The translations under genes and the position numbers were made by a program. A stretch of 64,000 bases of DNA from Arenicellales bacterium. Lineage in GTDB: Bacteria > Pseudomonadota > Gammaproteobacteria > Arenicellales > JAJDZL01. The first letter of the stretch is position 1. Each line of letters starts with the position of its first letter. The stretch spans positions 1,373,506 to 1,437,505 of the forward strand of contig CBDBFX010000002.1 of the NCBI GenBank assembly GCA_965205205.1. The letters run 5' to 3'. Positions 10,218 through 20,070 of this stretch are shown here, piece by piece. The notes beneath the pieces were generated by a model, which saw only the letters and a list, made by a program, of their open reading frames with translations, was not told the origin of the DNA and searched no databases.

Positions 10218-11139
10218 AACGCTCGAATCGCCGTCCCGCCTGATGCAGCAGTTCCGGTGTCATTGACAGATAGACCTGGGTGGCGTCGAGATTGACATGA
10301 CCGAGCCAGGTGGCCAGTGTCGGCAGCAGTCGCTGGACGTCGGCGCCCTGACGGTACCAGTTCTCGAGCCGATGGACGGCGGCGGTATGACGCAGCGAAT
10401 GCAGATTCGGCGGCCGTCTCCAGTCGTTGGCCGCCGGCCGGATGCCCGCCGTTCGGAGCAGGTTTTTGAACGCCACCAGCATGAGGTGCCGGGACGGTGG
10501 TTCGCCATTGACGAGGGCGAGAAAAGTTGAGGCCCGGCCTCTGGGCAAAGGCTGGCGCCGCCTGGCATGACGGCGGAGTGCCGCGGTCAGCTGGTGGCCG
10601 ATGGGAACGAGGCGGGATTTGTGGAACTTGCTGTCCCTGACGGTCAATACGCCCTCATCAAGGTCCACATCCTCAAACGTGAGTCGAAGCGCCTCACTCA
10701 CCCGCAGGCCGGCGCCATAAAGCAGCAGCAGCCCGGTGCGCAGGGTGTCGGCGTCAAGCCTGCGGGCGTGCTGGCGACTGCGATCGATGCAGGCGAACAG
10801 CCGCCGCAGTTCGTCACGGGTAAACACCCACGGTGGCGCCGAGTGTGGCGCCGGCGGCTCGCTGTCGGCCGCCGGCAACGGCGACCGGGTGACATGACCG
10901 CGACTGACCGCATAGCGGTAAAAGCTGGCGAGGGTGCCGAACTTGCAGGAGCGGGTTCGGGTCAGCGGCCCGCGGCCCGCCAGAAAGCGCCGCACCTGTT
11001 CCTCACTGACCGCATCACAGCCGATGTCGCCACCCACCTGTCTGCAGTACTGCCGCAGCACCGCCGCACTGCTGTCGAACCTCGCCCCACGCGCCTTCTG
11101 CCAGTCCACATAGGATTCAATAACTTTCAGTAACGTCAT
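10192..11139 (-). CDS. ritB: second RIT tyrosine recombinase (315 aa)
   Basis: Intact ORF with a C-terminal HSLRHTAAVHRL...LATWLGHVNLDATQVYL catalytic region. Its start overlaps the ritA stop (ATGA at 11136-11139). Its end overlaps the ritC start by 26 nt. Confidence 0.85.
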   Translation of the reverse strand: MTLLKVIESYVDWQKARGARFDSSAAVLRQYCRQVGGDIGCDAVSEEQVRRFLAGRGPLTRTRSCKFGTLASFYRYAVSRGHVTRSPLPAADSEPPAPHSAPPWVFTRDELRRLFACIDRSRQHARRLDADTLRTGLLLLYGAGLRVSEALRLTFEDVDLDEGVLTVRDSKFHKSRLVPIGHQLTAALRRHARRRQPLPRGRASTFLALVNGEPPSRHLMLVAFKNLLRTAGIRPAANDWRRPPNLHSLRHTAAVHRLENWYRQGADVQRLLPTLATWLGHVNLDATQVYLSMTPELLHQAGRRFERYAAGDDDE

Positions 11140-12383
11140 AGCAGTCCCTCCAGGTCGATTTCTCCCACCTCATGCAGGGCGCTCAGCTGAACCTTGGCGT
11201 AAGTGGCGGTCGAACCGATGCGGTCATGTCCCAGGTAGTCGCTGACCACCTTCATTGACAGACCCTGATCCAGCAGGTGCTGGGCCACTCCATGTCGAAA
11301 GGCATGCGGCCCCCGACGTCTGCCACTCATTCCGAGCCGGTCGGCGCGGCGCCTGACAATCTGGTAAATCACCGTCCCGGTGAGCGGTCCCAGCGGCGCC
11401 TTCATCTTGACGAACAGGGTTCTTTCACCAATTGTGGGGCGCACCTCGTGCAGGTACCGGGCGAGCGCCCGGCTGACAGCCGACGACAGCGGATAATGAT
11501 CGGTGCGCGGTGATTTCAACCGGCGCACGGTCACTCGCCGTTCCCTCCAGTCGATGTCATCAAGCGTCAGCGCGGCCACCTCGCCGGCGCGCAGACCGTA
11601 AGTCGCCAGCAGCAGCAGAATGGCGAGGTCGCGCCGGTCCACGGGACGTTCCCCGGTGGCGCTGGCCAGCAGGTCGGCCACTTCCTGTCGGCTGAAGCCC
11701 TTGGGCACCGATTCGCCAGGATGCAGCCGCGGCGGCGTCAGCCCGTCGGCCAGATGGGGTGCGCACCAGCCCTGAGCGGCGGCGAAACGCAGGAAGACGC
11801 GCAGATGATGCGTATAGGTTTGAATGGTCGTACGACACAGACCCCGCGCCCACCAGTCCGACACCAGCCGATCGATGTCGTGCAGCGCGATGGCGTCCAG
11901 ATCGCCGCCCGTCTCATCCAACCGTCTGAACACAAAGTCAGCGACGCGGCGTCGGCTGGCAATCGTCCCCACTGAACAGCCCCGCTCCGCCCGCATCCAG
12001 TCGACATAGGCCGCCACCCGCCCGGTGTGGCCGTGGGGTGACTGACCGAGGTCCGCTTCAAGCATGCCGGCATGGCGCAGCCAGCGGACCGAACCGCTGA
12101 CGAACCGCCGTCGTCTCGTGTCTTTCAGCGGCCGGTGATAATGAGACCCCGCAGGTGGCGACCATTCGGCGGCCGCCTCGATGCGGGACCGGCTGACGCC
12201 GTCACCGGGTCGCAGATTGAGAATTTCAACCAGACGGCACTGGGTCGCGGCAACGGCGCGCAGGGAGCCCCGACGCGCACCGCACCGGGCGCAGTGCTCA
12301 AGATAGGAAAGCCGCTCATCATGTAACGGTGCCCAGTGGTACCGGTCAATGGTGGCGGCGTCGGTAAACAGAGTTTCAAACAT
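11136..12383 (-). CDS. ritA: first RIT tyrosine recombinase (415 aa)
   Basis: Intact ORF. LRAGEVAALTLDDIDW, HAFRHGVAQHLLDQG and YLGHDRIGSTATYAKV give the R..HxxR..Y pattern. Largest and first gene of the trio. Confidence 0.85.
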   Translation of the reverse strand: MFETLFTDAATIDRYHWAPLHDERLSYLEHCARCGARRGSLRAVAATQCRLVEILNLRPGDGVSRSRIEAAAEWSPPAGSHYHRPLKDTRRRRFVSGSVRWLRHAGMLEADLGQSPHGHTGRVAAYVDWMRAERGCSVGTIASRRRVADFVFRRLDETGGDLDAIALHDIDRLVSDWWARGLCRTTIQTYTHHLRVFLRFAAAQGWCAPHLADGLTPPRLHPGESVPKGFSRQEVADLLASATGERPVDRRDLAILLLLATYGLRAGEVAALTLDDIDWRERRVTVRRLKSPRTDHYPLSSAVSRALARYLHEVRPTIGERTLFVKMKAPLGPLTGTVIYQIVRRRADRLGMSGRRRGPHAFRHGVAQHLLDQGLSMKVVSDYLGHDRIGSTATYAKVQLSALHEVGEIDLEGLL

Positions 12384-12607
12384 GGCATCTCTCCAATGGG
12401 ATGGTTAGAAATACACCATGTTAGAACAGGACGGAGAAACGACGGCAGGCCGTGCCGCCGAGAAACACTGGATGATGATTCTGACAGGCCCTGGAATGAG
12501 GTGTGACTGAGCGGCGATCGGCAGGTGAGCTCGCCGAAGGCCACCATCGGACCCGTGCTCACGTCCGCATCTGAGGTCGCCTGTCAGAATGGCCTCAGAC
12601 ACCCCGC

Positions 12608-12713
12608 GCAGCACCTGCCATGCGAAATATTATGTTAAGTAAAATCTCATGAAGTCCAAGCTCCACCTTGCCTTTACAACCGTACTTGACATAATTTCGT
12701 ACATAACATAAGG
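12608..12713. repeat. RIT terminal inverted repeat, right
   Basis: Exact reverse complement of 6464..6569. Confidence 0.9.
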
Positions 12714-12743
12714 GTTGTTATGTTGTATACAACATAACAACCC
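12712..12743. repeat. 32-bp perfect palindrome abutting the RIT right end
   Basis: GGGTTGTTATGTTGTA/TACAACATAACAACCC. The distal half is IS1634 coding sequence (GLLCC) and the proximal half is its inverted copy. Confidence 0.9.
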
Positions 12744-13364
12744 GAGCTGTATCTGTTTTTTGCCGCGCCGTCCATCGCGCGAATAACCATACTCGGACAG
12801 TGGACAGCAGTGTCCTTCCATATGGATGGAAGTGACATCGTAAAGCACCAGCGAGCCTTCGCTCAGCTGGCGTTTGGCCAGCCGCCGTTCAATGCCGGCC
12901 TGCCGTTTGCCGAGCCAGTCCATGGCGGCGTAGAGCTGGTTTTCGGTGACCTCGGTCAGGTTCAGGGTCTGGGCCAGGGAGTGTCGGGCGGTGGCGGCGT
13001 TCAGGCCACAGGCGGTGGCCAGTTTGGAACGCGGTTCGAGGATGCGGGCGATCAGCAGGGCGATGACGAGATTGCGCGCCGGGCTGGGCTGTCGGTCGAT
13101 GAGCCGCGGCAGGCCGAGTTTTCGGATGCTGCCGAGGATGGCGGCGACGTGGCCGTGCGGCAGCGAGCGGCGCACTTCGGGCTTGGGCATGGAGTCGATC
13201 ACATAGCCGCCTTTGAAGAGGGCTTTGAGCTGGGGGATGTATTGGGGTGGGACTTTGGAGAAGTTGCCGAGGGTGCGTTTTCTGGCTTTGCCGTTTTCGC
13301 GGTAGGACTCGCGCAGCAGCACGGTGGGCGGGTAGTGTCGATTTGGAACCACGTCTATAAACAT
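12714..13364 (-). pseudogene. IS1634-family transposase (type A), N-terminal portion
   Basis: LLRESYRENGKARKRTLGNFS ... LVLYDVTSIHMEGHCCPLSEYGYSRDGRRGKKQIQLGLLC is a typical IS1634 N-terminus. The frame then runs into the RIT inverted repeat. Confidence 0.8.
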
Positions 13365-13535
13365 GGATACAATTATAGCATAAGAAAAATAATATTATCA
13401 AAATAATATTAAAGAAAAAAAGTGTCTCATTCATGGACACGAAATCCACTTGATTGGACGGTGATATGTGTCGTATCTAATTGATTGGAAATGATAAAAT
13501 GACAAAAATCCTGAATTTTTTGTCTCGAAGGCAAG

Positions 13536-13841
13536 ATAAGACAGGACCTTGCCGACCCGGCCGCTGGCATCCGGACCGCCGTACCAGTGGCCGATGTCGC
13601 GGATGACACCGGCCTGACCGGCATCCTCGGTGCCGAACTTGTGCTCGAAGCGGCAGACCGCGGACAGTTCCTCCACCACCTCGTTCGAGCCTTTGATGCA
13701 CCAGCGCGAGCAACCGCCGTAGAACTTCGCGTCCATGCCTTTGTCCAGCATGACGTCGCCGCGCAGCGACCCGTACCAGGCCGCCTCGGCGAGGACGGCC
13801 GCCGAGGCGGCCATGGCGTCCGAGAAAGCCAGAACGGCCAT
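13536..13841 (-). pseudogene. porin P1, 5' fragment with internal deletion
   Basis: MAVLAFSDAMAASAAVLA/EAAWYGSLRGDV...RFEHKFGTEDAGQAGVIRDIGHW...VLSY. About 28 conserved residues (GRLAYVGLSGGFG.LTLGQIWSASYNHA) are missing. Homology ends at 13536 against IS1634-A DNA. Confidence 0.8.
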
Positions 13842-13926
13842 CAGGAGTTTCCAGTCCAGCCCCCGTTCGGGTGTATACTGGAGTCCAAGCGGGGCAAGTC
13901 AATGCGTGGACCCGCATGGAGGTGTG

Positions 13927-15234
13927 ATGATAGCCGTGTGGAATGAAGAAAAAGAAAGAGGACTGACGGAGTTCTCGAAGCGTTCCGACAAGGAATATGC
14001 GCTTTATTTCGTGGGACGGCGGGATGTCATTTCGGGCATTGAGGACACGGTCGGCCAGATACGGCGGCTGATGGCCGGCAGGGCGGCGTCGGACCTTGTC
14101 GGTTGCGGTCTGAATCTGTCAGACCAGCGCACCTGGCTGGTTCAGGGTGCGCCGGGGGCGGGCAAGACGGCCCTGCTGAGCCATCTTAGGCGGATCTGGG
14201 AGCGGCGGAAGGACGGGCCGGTATCGGTCAGTTTGGATCCTCTGGATCTGGAAGACGAGTCCGAGCTGACCCATGTCATTGCGAACCGGATCAGGAGCGA
14301 CGGGGGTGAGATTCTCAAACGAGTCCGGACGCGGGAGCTGGCGGGCGGACTGAAGTTCTGGGGCGGTGGATTTGATGTCAGGACTGCCGAGACGGAACGG
14401 CAGGGCGCATTGACGCTCAGAGATCTGTGGCGGCTGTATGACAGGCGGCTGTCGGATGTAATACGGGATCATCTGCCGAAGAAGATCAGGTCTGGGGTGT
14501 CGGCGCTGCGGCCGGTGGTGCTGATGGTGGATGAGGTACAGAAGCTGGGACTTGAAGGTGAGAAGCTACTGCTGCGAATACATCTTGGCGGGCATGGGCT
14601 GCCGATTGTGGCGGTGCTGGCGGGTCTGGCCTGGTCGCAGACGCGTCTGGCGGAGGCGGGGATCTCAAGACTGAGTCAGGGGCATGTGCGGACGTTGCGG
14701 CCGCTGGCCGGGGCCGAGGTGGCCGAGGCGGTGCGTCTACTGCTGGAGAAATATGAGATTGAGGGCTCTGGGGATGCCGCCATTGCGGGGAAGATTGCGG
14801 CGTGGTCTAACGGCTGGCCGCAGCATCTGCACAATTACATGCGCGTGCTGGCGACGGAGCTGAGAGACGGGAAAGGCGACCTTGCCGCAGTGGATGAGAA
14901 CAGGCTTCGTGCAGAAGGGAACCGGATGAGAAAGGACTACTATGCGCGGCGTCTGATCAGTTCCAGCATCACAGCCTGCGTCAACCTGCTGGCCGATGTC
15001 GCCGAAATAATCGGTGAGGGTGGCTGTAGTGAGCCGGAGCTGTTGGACCTGCTTGGTGAACGGGTTTGGAAAGAAAAGCGAAAATCGGCGGACTGCATGC
15101 CAAGAAGTATGGAACCGCAGGAGTTCGTCGGTGAAATGATCCGAGCAGGCATCATCCATAAAGAAAAGCGTCGCATCATCATCCCGATTCCGTCTTTCCG
15201 CCAGCACCTGATTGAAAGCAGACTGAACGACTGA
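13927..15234 (+). CDS. AAA/STAND-like P-loop ATPase (AAA_16 / Arch_ATPase-like), full length
   Basis: FVGRRD motif, Walker A GAPGAGKTALL, Walker B-like VVLMVDEVQKL. I take ATG 13927 (MIAVWNEEKERGL) as the start by homology with the five other copies. The ORF-track extension to 13735 is antisense porin DNA. Confidence 0.75.
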   Translation: MIAVWNEEKERGLTEFSKRSDKEYALYFVGRRDVISGIEDTVGQIRRLMAGRAASDLVGCGLNLSDQRTWLVQGAPGAGKTALLSHLRRIWERRKDGPVSVSLDPLDLEDESELTHVIANRIRSDGGEILKRVRTRELAGGLKFWGGGFDVRTAETERQGALTLRDLWRLYDRRLSDVIRDHLPKKIRSGVSALRPVVLMVDEVQKLGLEGEKLLLRIHLGGHGLPIVAVLAGLAWSQTRLAEAGISRLSQGHVRTLRPLAGAEVAEAVRLLLEKYEIEGSGDAAIAGKIAAWSNGWPQHLHNYMRVLATELRDGKGDLAAVDENRLRAEGNRMRKDYYARRLISSSITACVNLLADVAEIIGEGGCSEPELLDLLGERVWKEKRKSADCMPRSMEPQEFVGEMIRAGIIHKEKRRIIIPIPSFRQHLIESRLND

Positions 15235-15759
15235 CGCTGACTTTCCTGGTGAGCCAGGCATACTGCACGCCATCTTTCTCAAATGTGGCGGTCAGGAATG
15301 GTGCGGCGGGCGAGTCGCAGTGGCGGGTTTTCCACTGACTCGTACATCTTCCATCCTCAAGTCGCTACCGGCAACCGCCCCAGTTTCATGTGAAGCTCAA
15401 TTCCGGGATGCGATGGTGCAGGCGGCCAACGAAAACCGAAACGGCTCCGATGCAACCCTGCTTTCGCACGGCATGCCGAGCGGACGGATGATATTTTAAC
15501 TTCCCGTTTGTGAAAGCTGTTGCAAATATGAACAGCAATTCCCACCGAGGACAGCTTCCGTGGATTCGGCGTGATTTCCGGCTTCAAACGCAGGAGTCGG
15601 GAGGATGCGGGCAAGGTGGACCCTCCGGCGGGTTGCCGGATCGGCGGTTGGCTGCGTATATCCTGAAGAACCGGCCGGTCACACATTCGGTCACGGCGAC
15701 CGCATCAGGACGTGTCGAAGGGCACCAGACCGTGCTCGCAGTATCCGAAGGCGAGGGAC

Positions 15760-16887
15760 TTATACAGCGTCTGCCAGTCCCCGGACGTGGAATCCCAGGA
15801 ACAGCACGCGCAGCTGCTCCCACAGGGCTTTCGAGCCGCCCGCTTCCGCCCGCGCGGCCTGGAACAGCGAGCAGCACCGCTGCTGCACCTGATCGATGAG
15901 AAACGCCAGCATCGTCAGGTGGGCGAACACCGTCGCCAGATGCTGTCGGCCGTGGCCGAAATTGTGTTCAAAGCCGTAGCCTTGGTTCTTCAGGGTGTTG
16001 AAGGTCTCGTTCTCAATGCGCCAGCGGGCCCGGCCCGCCCGCATCAGCTCGTCGGCGTTGGCTGCCGTGACCTCCAGGTCCGTGACCCAGGAGAAATGCA
16101 GCGTCTGACCGTCCGCGCGGGTCTCCCAGCACTCCAGGAAGTTCACCTCCAGGTCGAAGTTCGCCTCATTCAGCGGCACGCCGTTCAGGAAGCGGAAGTG
16201 AAACCGGCTGCCATCCCGGTCCAGCTCCACGGTTCGGGTCGCCGCCGTGACATCGACCCAGTGGAACAGTTCCCCATGGTCGCCCGGCTTCACCCCCAGC
16301 ACATAACGCAGGTTCAGTTCCCGTAGCAGCCGGATGTGCGGACCGTTCGAGGCCAGCGCATCCGGCGCCAGCGGAAACACTTCCCGGTGCTCCGGGTGCA
16401 CCAGCACCGCACCCAGCATCTGGTGGTACCAGGTGGTGCTGCCATCCCGATGATGCTTCTCACAGCAGTGCTCGCAATGCACCTTCTTCGAGGAGAAATG
16501 ACCCGTGCCGTCCACCGACAGCAGATGGTGGTCCAGCCAGGTGAAACCATCCAGACCCTTGCCCCGCTGCAGGGCGGCGAACACCTTCTTGAAGACCCCG
16601 CGCACCGCCCGCGGATCCACCTGGTCCAGACACTCGCGCAGGGCCGTATCCGATGGCGCACGGAGCACCCCGTACAGATTCCTGAGGTTCGACCGCACCC
16701 TGTTCTCGTCCCGCGCATCCTGATCGAAGTTCAACAGCGACGGGTACTTCAGGCTGAACATCGTCAGGGCCGACATCAGACCGTCCGTCTGGCACAGACC
16801 ACGGCTGGCCACGGCGTCCTTGATGCGGTCGAATTCGGCACGCACCAACCGAAGCAGACCCGGTGCGCTGAGGGTCTTGCGAAACAT
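15760..16887 (-). pseudogene. IS-D DDE transposase, internally deleted and 3' frameshifted
   Basis: Motifs HCEHCCEKHHRDGSTTWYHQMLGAVLVHPEHREVFPLAP and RWRIENETFNTLKNQGYGFEHNFGHG. Compared with the relic at 60047..61267 it lacks ~45 aa (EPILRADGARKNDCERNAAKRLL...LVEDAL). A frameshift changes the last ~25 aa. IS4/IS701-like; family not certain. Confidence 0.7.
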
Positions 16888-17002
16888 GGTCTTGGATATG
16901 ATTGATCATCCAGTCGGGTAAAAAACAGCCCTATCATACCACTTTTCAATGAAAAGTCCGCGAACAGTAATTTTTCAGCCCCCCCTGAAACCTCCGTATT
17001 TA

Positions 17003-18830
17003 GTGTCTGCAAGAAAACTCGAAAAAGTGAGATAATTATCTGATATCATGTGAATAATATCGTATAATTGTGAACGAAGAATTGGCCTTTTGCCCTGAAA
17101 AAGGGGCGATTTCAGCCGATTCGCCGACTTTTCACCCAATCTTCGCCAGGCAGACAGGCAATGAGAAACATCATCAACCCGAATCACGAACTGGGCGGCA
17201 TTGACATCACGGCCATTGAGATCGACCACCACTCGAGAGACGACATGCCGGCGGTGCTGCTGGGCCTGCAGACGCTGTATCGCGACCCGCAGGTGAGAGA
17301 GCGGCTGTTCGCGCTGCTGGAGACGGAGGCGCTGCCGGGGGTGGACCTGAACAACGGTCGCCCGGGCATGGCGCTGTGGCCGGGACTGGTGATGGCGGTG
17401 GTCAAGCAGGCGTTGAACTGCGATTTCGATCGCCTGCATGATCAGGTGCGAAACCATGTGGACCTGCAGCGGATGATGGGTCATGGTTCATTGATGAAGC
17501 CGCCGTACACGCTGCAGCAGGTGGTGGACAATGTGAATCTGTTCAGTGCGGAACTGCTGGACAAGGTGTCGGCGCTGGTGGTGGAGGCGGCGCACCGGCG
17601 TGCGGGTCATCAGCCGGGCGAGGCGTTGAAAGGACGCTGCGATTCATTCGTGGCGCAGACGGACGTGCATTATCCGACCGACACCGGGCTGCTGAATGAT
17701 GCGGCGCGCCGGCTGCTGGGTCTGATGCATCAGGCGCAGGCGTGTCATCAGGTGTCCGGGTGGCGGCAGTACCGACATCTGCAGCGAAAGCTGCGCGGTC
17801 TGTACAACGGCATCCGCCAGGCGAAGCAGGCGAAGGCGGACCCGGCGGCTTTGAAAGAATATCTGAGTTGGTGCGACGGGGTGGTGTCACGGGTCTGCGA
17901 GACGCGGGATCAGCTGATGCGGCAGGGGGTGTCGGGTGCGCTGCTGGACGAGGTGGTCACGTTCCTCGGCTACGCCGAGAAGCTGTCGGCTCAGGTGGTG
18001 CGGCGATTGCTGCGCGGCGAGCAGATTGTGCACTCGGAGAAGATCTTTTCGGTGTTCGAGCCGCACACTCGGTGGATCGTCAAGGGCAAAGCGGGGGTGG
18101 CGGTGGAGTTGGGGGTGCCGGTGTGCATCGTCGAAGATCAGCATCAGCTGATCCTGTGTCAGAAGGTGATGTGGGAGGGCGGTGATGTGGACCATGCGGT
18201 GCCGGTGATCAAGGAGACGCTGCGGCGTCATCCGCAGTTGGAGAAGTGCAGTTTCGACCGCGGCTTTCACAGTCCGGCGGTGCAGCGGCAGTTGCAGGAG
18301 CTGCTGACTTACTGCGTGCTGCCGGTCAAGGGACGGCGCTCGCAGGCGGTGCGGGAGCGGGAGGGGCAGGCGTGGTTCCGCGAGGCGCGTCGTCAGCATC
18401 CGGCGGTGGAGTCGGCGATCAACAGTCTGCGGCATCGGGGTCTGGTGCGGGTGCGCAGTCATGGTGCGGCGGGCTTTGCGCGCACGGTGGCGCGGTCGGT
18501 GCTGGCTTACAACGTGCATCGGTATGGGGTGATGGTGCGCGACGAGTTGCGGGAGCGGGAGCGGCGGAAGCGGGCCGCCTGACGGCGGCGGTTGGTCAAA
18601 AGGGGTGTTGAACCGGTCCCGCCAGGGGACTGGATGGAGACCTATGGGCCGAATTCGGCATTCGCCGCCCGACTGACGAAAAAAGCGTGCCAATCGGCGC
18701 AAAACGGCCGAATGTTCAGAAATCTTCTCTCCCCGAACCCTCAGCCATCCATTTTCTTCTCGTTTCGAGGCTTCATAAAATCAACATCGCCGGACATTTC
18801 ATGCGAAAATGGGGGTTTTCTGGCAGACAC
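17003..18830 (+). mobile_element. IS-C copy 2 (1828 bp)
   Basis: Same termini as copy 1. 6-bp TSD TATTTA (16997-17002 and 18831-18836). Lies inside IS-D copy 1. Confidence 0.9.
17161..18582 (+). CDS. DDE transposase of IS-C (473 aa)
   Basis: Full-length paralogue of 2495..3922. Confidence 0.75.
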   Translation: MRNIINPNHELGGIDITAIEIDHHSRDDMPAVLLGLQTLYRDPQVRERLFALLETEALPGVDLNNGRPGMALWPGLVMAVVKQALNCDFDRLHDQVRNHVDLQRMMGHGSLMKPPYTLQQVVDNVNLFSAELLDKVSALVVEAAHRRAGHQPGEALKGRCDSFVAQTDVHYPTDTGLLNDAARRLLGLMHQAQACHQVSGWRQYRHLQRKLRGLYNGIRQAKQAKADPAALKEYLSWCDGVVSRVCETRDQLMRQGVSGALLDEVVTFLGYAEKLSAQVVRRLLRGEQIVHSEKIFSVFEPHTRWIVKGKAGVAVELGVPVCIVEDQHQLILCQKVMWEGGDVDHAVPVIKETLRRHPQLEKCSFDRGFHSPAVQRQLQELLTYCVLPVKGRRSQAVREREGQAWFREARRQHPAVESAINSLRHRGLVRVRSHGAAGFARTVARSVLAYNVHRYGVMVRDELRERERRKRAA

Positions 18831-18866
18831 TATTTACTGACCCGGCAGGCTTGGCGGGAATTGCTG

Positions 18867-19824
18867 TGCACAGATCGTCGGCCGCATCAAGGCTACGGTC
18901 CTCGATGCGGGTGCCGGTCTTGAGCACCCGGAAGTACTCCTCAATGCTCCAGCGGACTTGATACCAACCTTGGATGCGCCGCGCCCACGCGGCCGTGGCC
19001 TCGCCCTCGGAACACAGCAGCAGCCAGTGCAGCGGCGGGCGGCCTCGTCCGGCGTCGTCGCGTCGCTAACCCGCACCGTCATCCCCTGATGACCCTCCAG
19101 TACATCGGCCGAACTGACCCGGGCATTGGACAGCAGCCGATAGGCCTCCCGCTGACCCGCCTCGTCTGGAAAAATCTCCGACACCGGCGACCGCGGCCGC
19201 TGCTGCCAGCACCGACACATCTCGATCAGCCGCTGCCGCAGACGACCATCCGACAGACCGTTCCCACCTAACTCCCGAGTCGCCCACCGCCGCGCGCACC
19301 GCCCCCACCGGCAACGCCTACAGCGCCGCCCGCCAACCCGCCACCAGCGGCTTCACCCACACCGCTCGACTCAACCCCTCGCCACCACTCGGCGGGCGAC
19401 CCGACGTCTGCCCCACAGACGACCACCCCGCCGCCACAAAACCGATGCCACCCAGCACCCCATGACGTTCGCTGTGGATCAGCCAGCACACCTGTTTGTC
19501 CGGCTACCGCGGCTCCCCCTCCGGATTATGCCAAGCCATCATCGCCCGAAACTGCCGCCCAGCCTGCTCATCGGCCACCAGCACCAGGGGCACCGCCCCC
19601 AAATCCGCCAGCGTCCCCGATACGTATACCGCCGCCGGCTCCGGCAACCCGGCCGTCGAACGCACCGGCTCCGGTCGCGCAGCTGCGACGTCAACTGCGT
19701 GCGCGTGGTCCCGCCACCTGCCGGAACTAGTCCACCGTCTCCCGATCATATTGTCGCATGCCGATTTGAATGCCACATAATTTAGCAGATTATTGTCTTC
19801 GTGTTAAGAGTGTCGAAGTGACAG
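18867..19824 (-). mobile_element. relic of an IS-A-like element with multiple internal deletions
   Basis: Patchy homology to IS-A on the minus strand (WSIEEYF region, YRLLSNARVSSADVLE, DUF4338 pieces). Terminus is the reverse complement of CTGTCACTTCGACACTCTTAACACGAAG, ending at 19824. Near-duplicate of 58400..58800. Confidence 0.75.
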
Positions 19825-20070
19825 GTCCCGGACCGCTCTGCTTTCGAATGCCGCACCCTTCCCGTCTCTGACCCCTGCTTTAATGACTCTCCAATCGCTT
19901 TCCAATGGCTCAAAATGGAGACAGCGAAATTGCCTCAGCATATAATGAGGTCCACAAACAATAAAATTTTGACTTGATCACGCAACGTTAAATGTCTCGA
20001 TTTGATTATTACAGAAGCAGGGGTGGAAGGATTGAATGATGTCTCAAACAGTCACCAGTCGGTCGTTGGC

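Larger units (their letters stand above)
6464..12713 (-). mobile_element. RIT (recombinase-in-trio) element, carrying a nested IS-A
   Basis: Three tandem, overlapping tyrosine-recombinase genes on the minus strand, bounded by 106-bp perfect inverted repeats. Inserted inside the IS1634-A transposase gene (N-part 12714..13364, C-part 5711..6463). Confidence 0.85.
15533..18866 (-). mobile_element. IS-D copy 1 (with IS-C copy 2 nested in its 5' leader)
   Basis: Terminal inverted repeats CAGCAATTCCC at 15533 and as reverse complement ending at 18866. About 1.5 kb once the nested IS-C is removed. Confidence 0.75.
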
